A stretch of 64,000 nucleotides of DNA from the human T2T-CHM13v2.0 reference genome, Homo sapiens, in the NCBI RefSeq assembly GCF_009914755.1, contig NC_060939.1; one strand, given 5' to 3'. The position numbers and the translations under genes are program-made. Position 1 is the stretch's first letter. Every line of letters starts with the position of its first letter. This document shows positions 49,340 through 64,000 of this stretch, in pieces. The notes beneath the pieces are model-generated. The model worked only from the letters and a program-made list of their open reading frames with translations. It was not told the origin of the DNA and did not search any database.

Positions 49340-49808
49340 TAGTATTTTATTATTATGTGCACAGTATCTTGCTATACTTGCTATATTTCCTCCTCTACAA
49401 GATGTATTCTTTGTCTATTTTTTTTTTTTTTTGAGTCAGGATCTCACTCTGCTGCCCAGGGTGGAGTATAGTGGCGCGATCTCAGGTCACTGCAACCTCC
49501 ATTTCCTGGACTCAAGCCATTCTCCAGCCTCAGCCTTCGGAGTAGCTGGGACTATAGGTGCACAACACCACACCCAGCTAATTTTTGTATTTTTTGTAGA
49601 GACAGGGTTTCACCATGTTGCCCAGGATGGTCTCAAACTCCTGAGCTCAAAGTGATCTGTCCACCTTGGCCTCCCAAAGTGCTGGAATTACAGGCATGAG
49701 CCACTGTGCCTGGCCCGTACTTTAATTTATAAATAATTTGGGGGGTGGGTATTTCAGAAGTTTTGCCTTTTTGTTCTAATGCTTATCTTTGGACATAAAC
49801 CTTTTTAA

Positions 49809-50197
<389 letters not shown>

Positions 50198-50954
50198 TAG
50201 TAGAGACGGGGTTTCACTGTGTTAGCCAGGATGGTCTCGATCTGACCTCATGATCCGCCCGCCTTGGCCTCCCAAAGTGCTGGGATTACAGGCGTGAGCC
50301 ACGGTGCCTGGCCAATTTTTGTATTTTTCAGTAGAAACGGGGTTTCACCATATTGGACAGGCTGGTCTCGAACTCCTGACTTTGTGACTCGCCTGCCTCA
50401 GCCTCCCAAACTGCTGGGATTACAAGTATGAGCCATCACACCCAGCCAGTTCTCTGTTTTTAAATCTAACCTTCTACTATTTGGTTTCTCAGTTTTAACA
50501 TATTATTTTGTTTTTCTTCTTCAGGGACTCCAACAACCTGACTGTTATTTCTTCTCTGCCTTCAATTTGCATTACCTTCTCTCTAACTCTTTTGAATTAT
50601 CTCATTTTCATTCTCTCAGGGTTTTTTCTTTGTCCTTATTCAATGACTTCTATTAAATTTTCACTTATGTCTATTCTCCTTTGTGCACTTTTTAATATAT
50701 TCTTCAATTATGAGATAATTTTGTCTTTGCCTTCTATTTCTTTCCTGAGTTCAATCAATTATGATTTCATTTCTTCCTCTCCCAATAAGGTCTGAACCTC
50801 AGCCCTTGGGCAGGGGTGGGTCAGTTCTTGCTTGGATGTTTAATCTCACTCAGTCCTAGGCATCATGGCTGGACCTTGTATCTGCTATTCCTGTACCTGT
50901 ATTCTTTATATTTATCTTTATTTCTTATTAATCAATCCTATGTTATTCCAATTC

Positions 50955-51466
<512 letters not shown>

Positions 51467-52251
51467 ATTCTTTGATTTTTTTTCCCTATTCAAATTACTG
51501 TGTAGTTTCTGTCTCCTGACTGGACCCAAATTGATACATCTTTTTTCCTCCGTCACTCCACTAATGAAGGACACTTCTCCCTTTTTTTTCTTTTGAATTA
51601 TGCATATTTTTACTTCCCTGAAATTCATCATCTGATCTATCAGGACACTTTTTAGTATTTTCCTTATTAGCATGGGTTTAGTCTTTCTAGCACTGGTTTT
51701 ATTTATTTATTTATTTTTTGGGATCGAAAGACAGCTGGAGTATGGCACTGGTTTTAGATCAACCTTACATCCCATTGCTAATTTTCATCTTCCCCACAGT
51801 TTTTCTTGATCTGTCTTTATAAAGTCTTCTGGCAGGGGTAGGTGAGGCAAGAGCATGAAAGATACTGCACTAGGATTTGTGGTCTCATTTTTTTCTCTCT
51901 TTTTATTTACAGTTATTTTGAAGCTTAGGCATCTTCTACAAGTTACGCTGAGGACATGGTTTTTCTGTGTAGCTTTAGTTTTCCTTCTTTGTTATTCTGT
52001 GTTATTTTGGAGAAAATATTGGAAGATGGGAACATAAACTGCCTTCATTGTCTTTAGGTCCCTGAAGTGCTATCACCTGGATTTTTGCAAGTTTGAGACT
52101 TATTTCTAACAACAATCAAAGGGGAAGGACAAAAACACTAGAACAAAATTTCTGGACTGGCTCCAGCTCTGCCACTAATATTTACCTAAAGTTGGATTTA
52201 CTTCAGTGTTAGGATTATTTCCTCACTTGTAAGATAGGGTGGCTGGACCTA

Positions 52252-52430
52252 GGGCAGTGGATCCCAAACTCTGATAAGCATGAGAAATACTTGATGCATA
52301 TGGACTTCTGTGCCCCACTTCTAGGCATTCTGATTCAGTAGGTCTAGGGTAGGTCCCAGGAATAGGCGTTTTTTAAAAACATCCGTGGTGATTCTGGGTC
52401 TAGTCAGGGTCTCACATTTAGGAATGCTTA
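52252..52430. mobile_element. MER5A-like MITE (a second copy lies at ~33620-33770)
   Basis: ttctgattcagtaggtctagggt..cccaggaat core. Confidence 0.6.
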
Positions 52431-53565
52431 GACATGATAGTCAGTGATACTATCCAGTTATGTGAGTCTATGAAAACTCTTCCGATGATTCAACAAGTTC
52501 TAGTGATCCCATCTTTCAATATAAAAATCACAGCTGGGCACAAGGGTGCATGTCTGTAGTCCAGAGAGGCTGAGGTAGGAGGATTGCTTCAGCCCAGGAA
52601 TTTGAGGCCATAGTGCACTATGACTGTGCCTATAAATAGCCACTGCACTCCAGCTTGGGTAACACAGCCAGACTCCATCTCTTAAAAAAAAAAATCAGGC
52701 CGGCGCAGTGGCTCACGCCTGTAATCCCAGCACTTTTGGAGAACAAGACAGGCAGATCACTTGAGGTCAGGAGTTTGAGACCAGACTGACCAGCATAGTG
52801 AAACCCCGTCTCTACTAAAAATACAAAATTAGCCGGGCGTGGTGGCAAAGGCCTGTAATCCCAGCTGCTTGGGAGGCTGAGGCAGGAAAATCGCTTGAAC
52901 CCAGGAGGCAGAGCTGAGATTGTGCCACTGCACTCCAGCCTGGGCAACAAGAATGAAACTCCATGTTTAAAAAAAAAAAAAATAAAAGCAATGGATGAGT
53001 GGTATAATGTCCCAATTAACTTAAATTGTATGATAATTTGTCCCTATTCAGTTTCTTTTCCCCAGAGACGGGTCCCACTCTGTTGCATAGGCTAGAGTGT
53101 AGTGGCACAATCATAGCCCACTGCAGCCTCTAACTCCTGGGCTCAAGTGATCCTTCTGCCTCAGCATTTTGGGTATTTACCTTTTTTTTTTTTGACCAAA
53201 AAGTTTGAAACAACCAAAGCAGGTAAAAAATTAGAAAAAAAAAAAAGACAAATAAAAAAACAAAATAAAAGACAAAAGGAACTCTAATACACGTAGAGGA
53301 AAAAACATTAACAATAAAAAACTAAGATCACGGAAATAGATCATAACCTTTTCTTAATACATTATGAAGGTTAAATCACTTTAAGAGGAACATGTTACAT
53401 GCTTTGTTCCCACTAAACTTTGGCACAGTATAGTTAGATATAACTGTGGCACATTCTTTTCAGGGTTCCATATGTTATTTGGAAACACAACTAATGCTGG
53501 TCCTCATTTTGAAGAATACCCATTATAAATTTGATATCAACAAGTCACATAAGCTCTAAGCTCTA

Positions 53566-53931
<366 letters not shown>

Positions 53932-54999
53932 CTAAACCACAAAGAAAAAAACTAGAGTAAGTGAACAGTAAACATAGTCACTTTATTCTATAAGAGAAAG
54001 CACACCAGACTCATAAAATGATTTTGTAATGTGATTTTCTTTAAAAACTGATGGCTCAAATTGCGAAATTTGAATAGGAACTATATGTAGATGATGATAG
54101 TGAATTAATGTTGATTTTTCTCCGTTGTGTAGAATGTTTCTGTTTTCGAGGGATACATAATGAAGCATCATATCTATAACCTACTCTCAGATGGTTGGCT
54201 AAAGGATGTGTGTTGTGTGTAAGTGTATATGTTTGTGCATTCAATTGAACCATCTATTTTATCATTTATTTGTCAAAACAAAACAAAACAAGGACTTTTT
54301 ATATGTTTCAACCTAAAAAAGTAGCCAGTGTTAACATGTAACGTGTCTAGGTAAGGGGAATATAGAAGTTCATTGTGCTTTCCTTCATTTTTTTTTTTTT
54401 TGCAGGTTTAAAAAATTCTTAAAATATGTGTGTGCATGTTTGTGTGTCTCCATATATAAATTATCAAAAAATTGCTTGATTTATATTCTGTTAGTTTGAT
54501 TTATATCCTGTATAATTTCATTTTTTGTCTTTCAATTCCTAAAGTTTGATGTGATCTTAAGAAGGGTCTCATAAAAGGCCTCTATTGTTTCTGTCATAGG
54601 CAACATTTCCAATTTTATGATTATAGCTTTATTCTCTCCTCATCATTTCTGGAACTCTGTTACTATCCTATCCTCTGAGATTCATCTTGTACATTTCCTG
54701 CCCCAGACCTGAAATCAGCACTTCTTTGGAGGATTTTGCGCAGGTCTGATTTAGGCTTTAAAAATATTACTTCACCAGCCTGGCGAACATGGTGAAACCC
54801 TGTCTCTATTAAAAATACAAACATTAGCCGGGTGTGGTGGTACACGCCTGTAATCCCAGCTACTCAGGAGGCTGAGGCATGAGAATTGCTTGAACCTGGG
54901 AGGCGGAGGCTGCAGTGAGACAAGATCGTGTCACTGTACTCCAACCTGGGTGACGGAATGAGAATCTTTCTCCAAAAAAAAAAAAAAAAAAAAGATTAC

Positions 55000-55780
<781 letters not shown>

Positions 55781-56928
55781 GTAAATGTATAGTTATTTCT
55801 GTATTTAATTAATTTCTCTTTCAACCCAGACTATATGCTCCAAGATGCTGACATTAATCTGAGCTTACTCATCATTGTGTCTCCAGGATCTCATACATTA
55901 CCTTATTCATAACATTCCTAAAAACATTCCAATAATACATGTTAATTTGTAATAATATTTACTGACTCACATGATTTAATCTTTCATTTAAGTTCCAAAA
56001 GGAAGAATTGTAAATACAGAAAAAGAAACTAAAAAGATAAAGGGAACTGGAAAAGACATAGTTATAAAATCTGAGAAATTTTATTTGGGTCCTATTTTTG
56101 TTCATGTAAGTCACCTACGTTATAGCTTAGACTTCTCCAAATGTCAGAGGTAGAGGGCCGTAGAAAACACAAAGGAGGAAATAAAGATGGACTGGAACCT
56201 AGGGAATTGAAGTGCCAGACCTTTGACCCTCTCTCCTAACTCTGAAATCAAGGTTCTCATAGGTTCTCACAGAGTGAGATGCATGCTTCCTGGAAGGTGG
56301 AATCCCCATACAGGGGAGCCTTGCTATGTGAGCACTTAGACTGCCACTGCTAAATTCTCTGTCTGTACTGTGCTGCAACAGGAATGATCCTAAATGGCTT
56401 TTATGTCAGATGTCCTTTTATCATGGAATTATTTTCTTACATCTGTCACAGTATTGTATGTCTTAGAAAATGTATTCTATGGCACTGGACCTCAAATTAG
56501 AAACAGTTTGTTACTACGATGGTGATATTAGACACCAGCAGCAGGAGGCAGAAAGATGGAGGACACAGAACAAAAGAAATAGGAAAGCTAAAAGCACTGA
56601 GGCACTTAAAGGCACCCTAGTGGGAACAAATGGTCAGACTGGGCAGAGGTCTGCAGATATTTTAGAGAAAAACATTTCTAATCTAGCAAAATAATTTTCT
56701 AATTCGGGAGCAGGGTGGCGCTAAATCCTAACCTTCCTCAGATTGGAATAGTAGAAACAGGACAAGTCAGGGACTTACTTTTTTTGGTAACTGAATGTGT
56801 TACATCACATTTGGTTATGATAAATAATAAAAACAGAAAACTCTTAATTCAGTGAGTCAAATAGATTTGAGAATAAAAATTACCTTGTAAGTCATCTATA
56901 TAGTATATACAGTATATGTAGTGTGTGA

Positions 56929-57391
<463 letters not shown>

Positions 57392-58046
57392 TAATTCTCA
57401 AACTGGAAAGGGAGAAGGGAAAAATCTGAAAAAAATCTTCAAAATGATTCCAACGCTTCCCTCTAAAAGGCATGTCCCATATCTCTTCATTGGTAATCTC
57501 TGAAAATCTAGTATACATCTGACTCCTTATTTTACTTAATAATACATTCTTAGAAAATACAAATTCACCTACATTTAGAGTCTAAGTTTCTCAAACTAGG
57601 GTAACATGTACCCCCAGGGGATGCAGCCATATGCCAGAGAGAATTTAAAGTCATTTGACAATGTGGCACAGCTTCCTCAAGTATTTTACACAGAGGTATG
57701 ACATTTATTACAATATTTCATAATACAATGAACACAAAGAAGTTGGAAGGCAAAATTTAAATGAACCTTTAAGATAAATCAGGAGAATACAAAGAAATTT
57801 TGGACTTATGGTTGATACTGTAAGGCTATTCCCAGACTTCTTGAGAAATATGCTTATACTTGGCTGCCAGAGGAGTAACTGGTGAAACAGTGTGAGAAAC
57901 ACCAGAAGCAATTATCTTCGGGAAAGTGAATCTTCTGTAAATGGATGTAGGGAAGAGAAGCAGTTAAGTGAAGGGGAAGTTGTTTGAAGAGGAGGAAAAG
58001 AGGAGGGAGAACTTGAAGAAGGTAATGAACAGGCAAAAATGCTACA

Positions 58047-58557
<511 letters not shown>

Positions 58558-59856
58558 TTACTTTTGTTTGTTTGTTTGTTTTTGAGACGGAGTCTCACTC
58601 TGTTGCCCAGGCTGGAGTGCAGTGGTGTGATCTCAGCTCACTGCAACCTCTGCCTCCTGGGTTCAAGAGATTCTCCTGCCTCACTTCCCAAGTAGCTGAC
58701 ACTATAGACATGTGCCACCACGCCCAGCTAAATTTTTTTGTATTTTTAGTAGAGACAGGGTTTTGCCATGTCGGCCAGGCTGGTCTTGAACTCCTGACCT
58801 CAAGTGATCCTCCTGTCTCGGCCTCTCAAAGTGCTGGGATTACAGGCGTGAGCCACCGCACCCGGCCCTGCATTACTTTTTATTTGGCCACTGTGTGGAT
58901 TATTTGTGTCAACCCCTCTTCTACTTGCACTTATGAATAAGAAGCAGTCCATTTTAAATCTGATGGGATATTCAATACAATGATTTTTCAAAAGCAAATT
59001 ATTCAAGATACAAAGTAATAAAAGTCAATTACAGCCTAGGCAACACGGTGAAACCCTATCTCTACCAAAAATACATAAAATTAGCCAGGTGTGGTGGTGT
59101 ACACTTCTGGTCTCAACTACTTGGGAGGCTGAGGTGGGAGGATTACTTGAGCCCGAGGAGGCAGGGTTTGCAGTGAGCCAAGATCACACCACTGCACTCC
59201 AGCCTGGGTGACAGAGTGAGACCCTGTCTCAAAATAAATAAATAAATAATAAAAGTCAATTACTATGTCAGGATAATGAGATTCTGAATAATCTAGATTT
59301 TCTATTTTTCTGTTAATTCTAAAACTTTTATAATGACCACATATTACTTTTAATAACTAGAAAAAATTAACCAACAAAAATATATTATTCTAAAATAAAT
59401 TGACTATATACCTATATGCAGCCTACATAGATGCTTGGTGCAAGCTCCTACTACCTAAAATACCCTTATTCTTTATGGCAATCAGTCATCTGACATACAC
59501 ACAATGCCTTAGGGAAGCACTCCTCTCATCCTTAGCACAAAATGCAATCAATAACTGTATCATATTTACCTCCATATGAAATCCCAGTCTGCCCTTTCAA
59601 AGAGAGTGTAGACCAAGTCCAGCTTTTGCAAAACCAAGAATTATTTGTAAGGTGATATTAAGAACTCACTAAGAATCCTGATTCCTGAATTCTCAGTTAA
59701 TAAATGGAAAATTAGTGGATCAATAAAGTACTTAAGCAGGAGAGCACTATGGCAATGTTGGCTTGGCTGATTGAAAGGCAGATTATTTAGAGCAAAAGAA
59801 ATTGCCCCACTTCAGTGATAAGTAGATGCAATAGAGGGAAAGAAATGCATACAGTC

Positions 59857-61601
59857 TTTTTTTTTGGCAGAGCTAGCCGAGGTTTATTTTGGGAAAAAAA
59901 AAAAAAAGCAATTGAATTGTTTCATAGCTGGAGGCATGGGCAAGGGGGGGTCCCCAGGTAGTAAACTCCCTCGCGGATGGGCTGAGGGCTAGGGCTGAGC
60001 CTCGGGTGGGTCTCCCGTTCCCTGTGTTCCCCTGCACAGTGGCCTCCCTCCTAGGCTCTGCGGCAGCCGCAGGAGGGACAGGCTGGGAGGGGCTTCACTT
60101 GGGCAGGACGTTGGAGGACTCAGACACTAGCTTCCCATCACGGGTTTCGATCTTCTTCATGACCACGGCCCTGGAGGAGCTGGTGTGGCTGAAGGAGCTG
60201 GAGCCCATGCCAGAGCCAAAGCTGGAGCCCAGGCCGTAGCTGAGGCCAGGGCTTGTGAGGCCCCCATAGGCCAAGCTCTGACCACCTGCATAGCTGCTGG
60301 TGGTCTTCATATGGATACTCATGTTCTGCATCCCAGACTCCAGCCAGCTCTCCTCGCCCTCCAACAGCTTCCTGTAGGTGGCGATCTTGATATCCAGGGC
60401 CAGCTTGACGTTCATCAGCTCCTGGTACTCACGCAGCTGCCGCGCCATGTCTTGACTGGCTAGCTGCAGGGCGGCCTCCAGCTCAGACAGCTTGGCATTG
60501 GCATCCTTAATGGCTAGCTCCCCACGCTGCTCGGTATCTGCGTGGCAGCCTCCAGGGAAGCCCTCTGGCCTTTGAGACCCTCAGTCTCAGCTTGGAGCCA
60601 GCTGATGTTCCGGTTCATCTAGGAGATCTCAGTCTTTGCACACCACAGGTCATCCCCATGCTTCTGACCCAGCGTCTGCAGCTCCTTATACTTGATCTAG
60701 TACATGCTCTCAGCCTCAGCCTGGCTGCGGTTGGCAATCTCCTCGTACTGCACCTTGACCTCAGGGATGATGCTGTCCATGTCCAGGAAGCGGCTGTTGT
60801 CCATGAACAGCACCACAGATGTATCCGAGATCTGGGACTGCAGCTCCCGATCTCCTCTTCATACAGCTGCCTGAGGAAGCTGATCTTGGCAGTCAGCTCT
60901 TTCAGGGAAGACTCCAGCTCCATCTTGTTCATGTAAGCTTCATCTACATACTCCTTGATGAGCACAAATTCATTCTCCATCTCTGTACATTTACTGATCT
61001 CAACCTCATACTTGTTCCTGAAGTCCTCCACCAGCCCATGCATGTTGCCAAGCTCCGCCTCCAGCTTCAGCTTCTCCTGGCCCAGAGTCTCCAGCTGCCA
61101 CTTAAGGTTGTTGATGTAGCTCTCGAACATGTTGTCCATGTTGCTCCGAGCCATCTTCTGCTGCTGCACGAGGCTCCACTTGGTCTCAAGCATCTTGTTC
61201 TGCTGCTCCAGGAACCGTACCTTGTCTATGAAGGAGAAAAACTTGTTGTTGAGGGTCTTGATCTGCTTCTCCTCCTGGGTGCGCACGGCCTGGATGTTGG
61301 GGTCCACCTCCAGGTTAAGAGGGCTCAGCAGGCTTTGGTTGACAGTGATGGTGGTGATGCCTCCACTGGCCCCACCATATCCTGCACCCAGGCCACCCCG
61401 GAAGCTGCTGCTGCCCATTCGGGAGAAGCTCGAGGAGCTGATGCAGGCACCAGGCCCACTCGTGTAGGAGAGGCTGTTAAAGGCCTGGGGGCCAGAGGTG
61501 GACACCTTGTAGGACTTCCGGGTCACCCTGATGGACATGGTGGAGGCAGGCGGGCCGAACCAGACGGAATCCCAGAAGGAGTGGAGAAGCTGCTTCTTGG
61601 T
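59857..61601 (-). pseudogene. Keratin 8 processed pseudogene, full-length retrocopy (possibly KRT8P50; number from memory)
   Basis: Intronless KRT8 5' UTR, ATG at 61538 (MSIRVT), C-terminus ...ESSNVLPK* at 60095, AATAAA 59888-59883, A-tail 59865-59857. 14-bp TSD TGCA[T/C]ACAGTCTTT at 59846-59859 and 61603-61616. Frameshifts near 60849 and 60542; TAG stops at 60699 and 60621. Confidence 0.96.
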
Positions 61602-61771
61602 CTGCACACAGTCTTTACTTCTCTGCTCTTCTTGGGGATTTTAGCAACATTGGTAAAGAAAAAAATTTAACTGCACCCATCCTCTAACAAACTAAACCAG
61701 CAAAAATAAAATAAAATAAAATAAAGAGAATGAGTTGAAGAAGCTGCAACCTTTACCTGTTTTCACCATTA

Positions 61772-62556
61772 AGTCGGGTGTCACATAGCAACGGGGATAC
61801 ATTCTGAGAAATGTGTCGACAGGCATTTCATTGTGCAAGCATCATACAGTGTACTGTGATGGTTAATACTGAGTGTCAAATTGACTGGATTGAAGGATAC
61901 AAAGTATTGATCCTGGGTGTGTCTGTGAGGGTGTTGCCAAAGGAGATTAACATTTGAATCAGTGGGCTGGGGAAGGCAGACCCATCCTTAATCTGGGCAC
62001 TATCTAATCAGATGCCAGTGAATATAAAGCAGGCAGAAAAATGTGAAAAGGTGAGGCTGGCGTAGCCTCCCAGCCTACATCTTTCTCTGATGCTGGATGC
62101 TTCCTGTCCTCCAACATCAGACTCCAAGTTCTTCAGTTTTGGGACTCAGATTGGCTCTCCCTGCTCCTCAGCCCGCAGACGGCCTATTGTGGGACCCTGT
62201 GATCATGTGAGTTAATACTTAATAAATTCCCCTTTATATATATATCTCTATTCCATTAGTTTTGTCTCTCTAGAGAACCCTCACTAATACATGTACTTAC
62301 ACAAAGCTAGATGGTACAGCCTATTACACACCTAGGCTATATAGTATAGCCTATTGCTACTAGGCTACCTATCTGTGTAGCGTGTTATTGTACTGAATAC
62401 TGTAGGCAATTGTTATGCAATGGTAAGTATTTGTGTATGTAAACATATCTAAATATAGAAAAGGTATAGTAAAAACACAGTATTATAAGCTTATGGGACC
62501 ACTGTCGTATATGCAATCCATCATTGACTGAAATATCATTATGTGGCACATGACTG
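61772..62556 (+). mobile_element. Tigger3a-type MITE interrupted by an MLT2 LTR
   Basis: Homologous to 46933-47281 on both sides of the LTR. Ends CATGACTG-TA. Confidence 0.82.
61855..62291 (+). mobile_element. MLT2A (HERV-L) solo LTR
   Basis: tgtgatggttaatactgagtgtcaa start, ctaataca end, 5-bp TSD TGTAC (61850-61854, 62292-62296). Confidence 0.9.
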
Positions 62557-62880
62557 TATATTAAGATACTGGAGATTCAGAAGTGCCCCATGTGGTTGGC
62601 TGCCCCAGGACCTGAGGCAGGGTAAGGCAGCATGGTCACTTACTCAGCCAAAAGTGCTGGATGATATCAGTCTTCCCTTTCAGGGGCTCAGTCAGTCCAA
62701 AAGGTAAACTGCCTGGAAATATAGTACACTAAGGCTTTTCAGTGCCTCCTCACAAGGCCAATAAAAAAGGTAAACAACATTTTCTTATTGCTGTGACAGG
62801 ACAAAGCAGCAAAGAGGAAATAAAAGAAGTTCTATTAACATAGAAGGTAATGCTGAGTGAAGAAAAATGAGATGATTTTA

Positions 62881-63611
<731 letters not shown>

Positions 63612-64000
63612 TCAGTATTTCCACCATTTCACAGACTAGAAAACTGAGATCTAGAAAGGTTATCCAAACAGTGTGTGGCAAAGCATCAATTTAAACAGGT
63701 CTTTTAAGTATGGTGCTATTTCTACTAAAGAAGAGTTACAGCCAGTCAGCAGGCAAGGTAAAAACAGCATATAGTTGAAATTATTCTTGAAAGTGCCTTA
63801 AAATGTCCATAAAGTACAGAATACTACCATTTCTCAATAGGTGCAACAGAGCCAGTTTTTCCTCCAGCTCTAGAATAGACGTCTTTTCCTCAGATGAATG
63901 TGGATAAAGTAAGCTGGCTGCAGACAGCAGTCACATTTGTACCAAAAAAAGTACTCTGCTTTCAACTACTGGACTCATACTGGTGCAGCCTGATTTGGGG

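Noticed and set aside
60819-61670. 283-aa plus-strand ORF
   Set aside because: Antisense shadow of keratin coding sequence; the codon bias leaves few stops on the opposite strand.

Overview
This is primate (human-like) genomic DNA containing the 3' part of TTBK2 (tau-tubulin kinase 2) on the minus strand. Six coding exons (53931-53774, 42754-42538, 36360-36149, 34841-34253, 12379-11106, 5389-4927) splice by GT-AG in frame to give 970 codons plus TAG. They match residues ~275-1244 and probably exons 10-15 (numbering from memory). Positions 1-4926 appear to be a long repeat-poor 3' UTR. The introns hold a sense-oriented KRT8 processed pseudogene with TSDs, a full-length L1PA with TSDs and an open ORF0, two internally deleted older L1s, a 5'-inverted L1, solo LTRs, DNA-transposon fossils and over 40 Alus. 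The best leads are four. (1) The L1 antisense promoter and ORF0 point into TTBK2, with a donor whose split codon is in frame with the last exon. (2) The KRT8 retrocopy could act as an in-frame alternative terminal exon. (3) A weak exon-12 donor reads through to a SCA11-length 478-aa product. (4) Five templated-insertion or snap-back repair scars are visible. All functional claims are hypotheses. No clearly novel multi-gene system is demonstrable from sequence alone.
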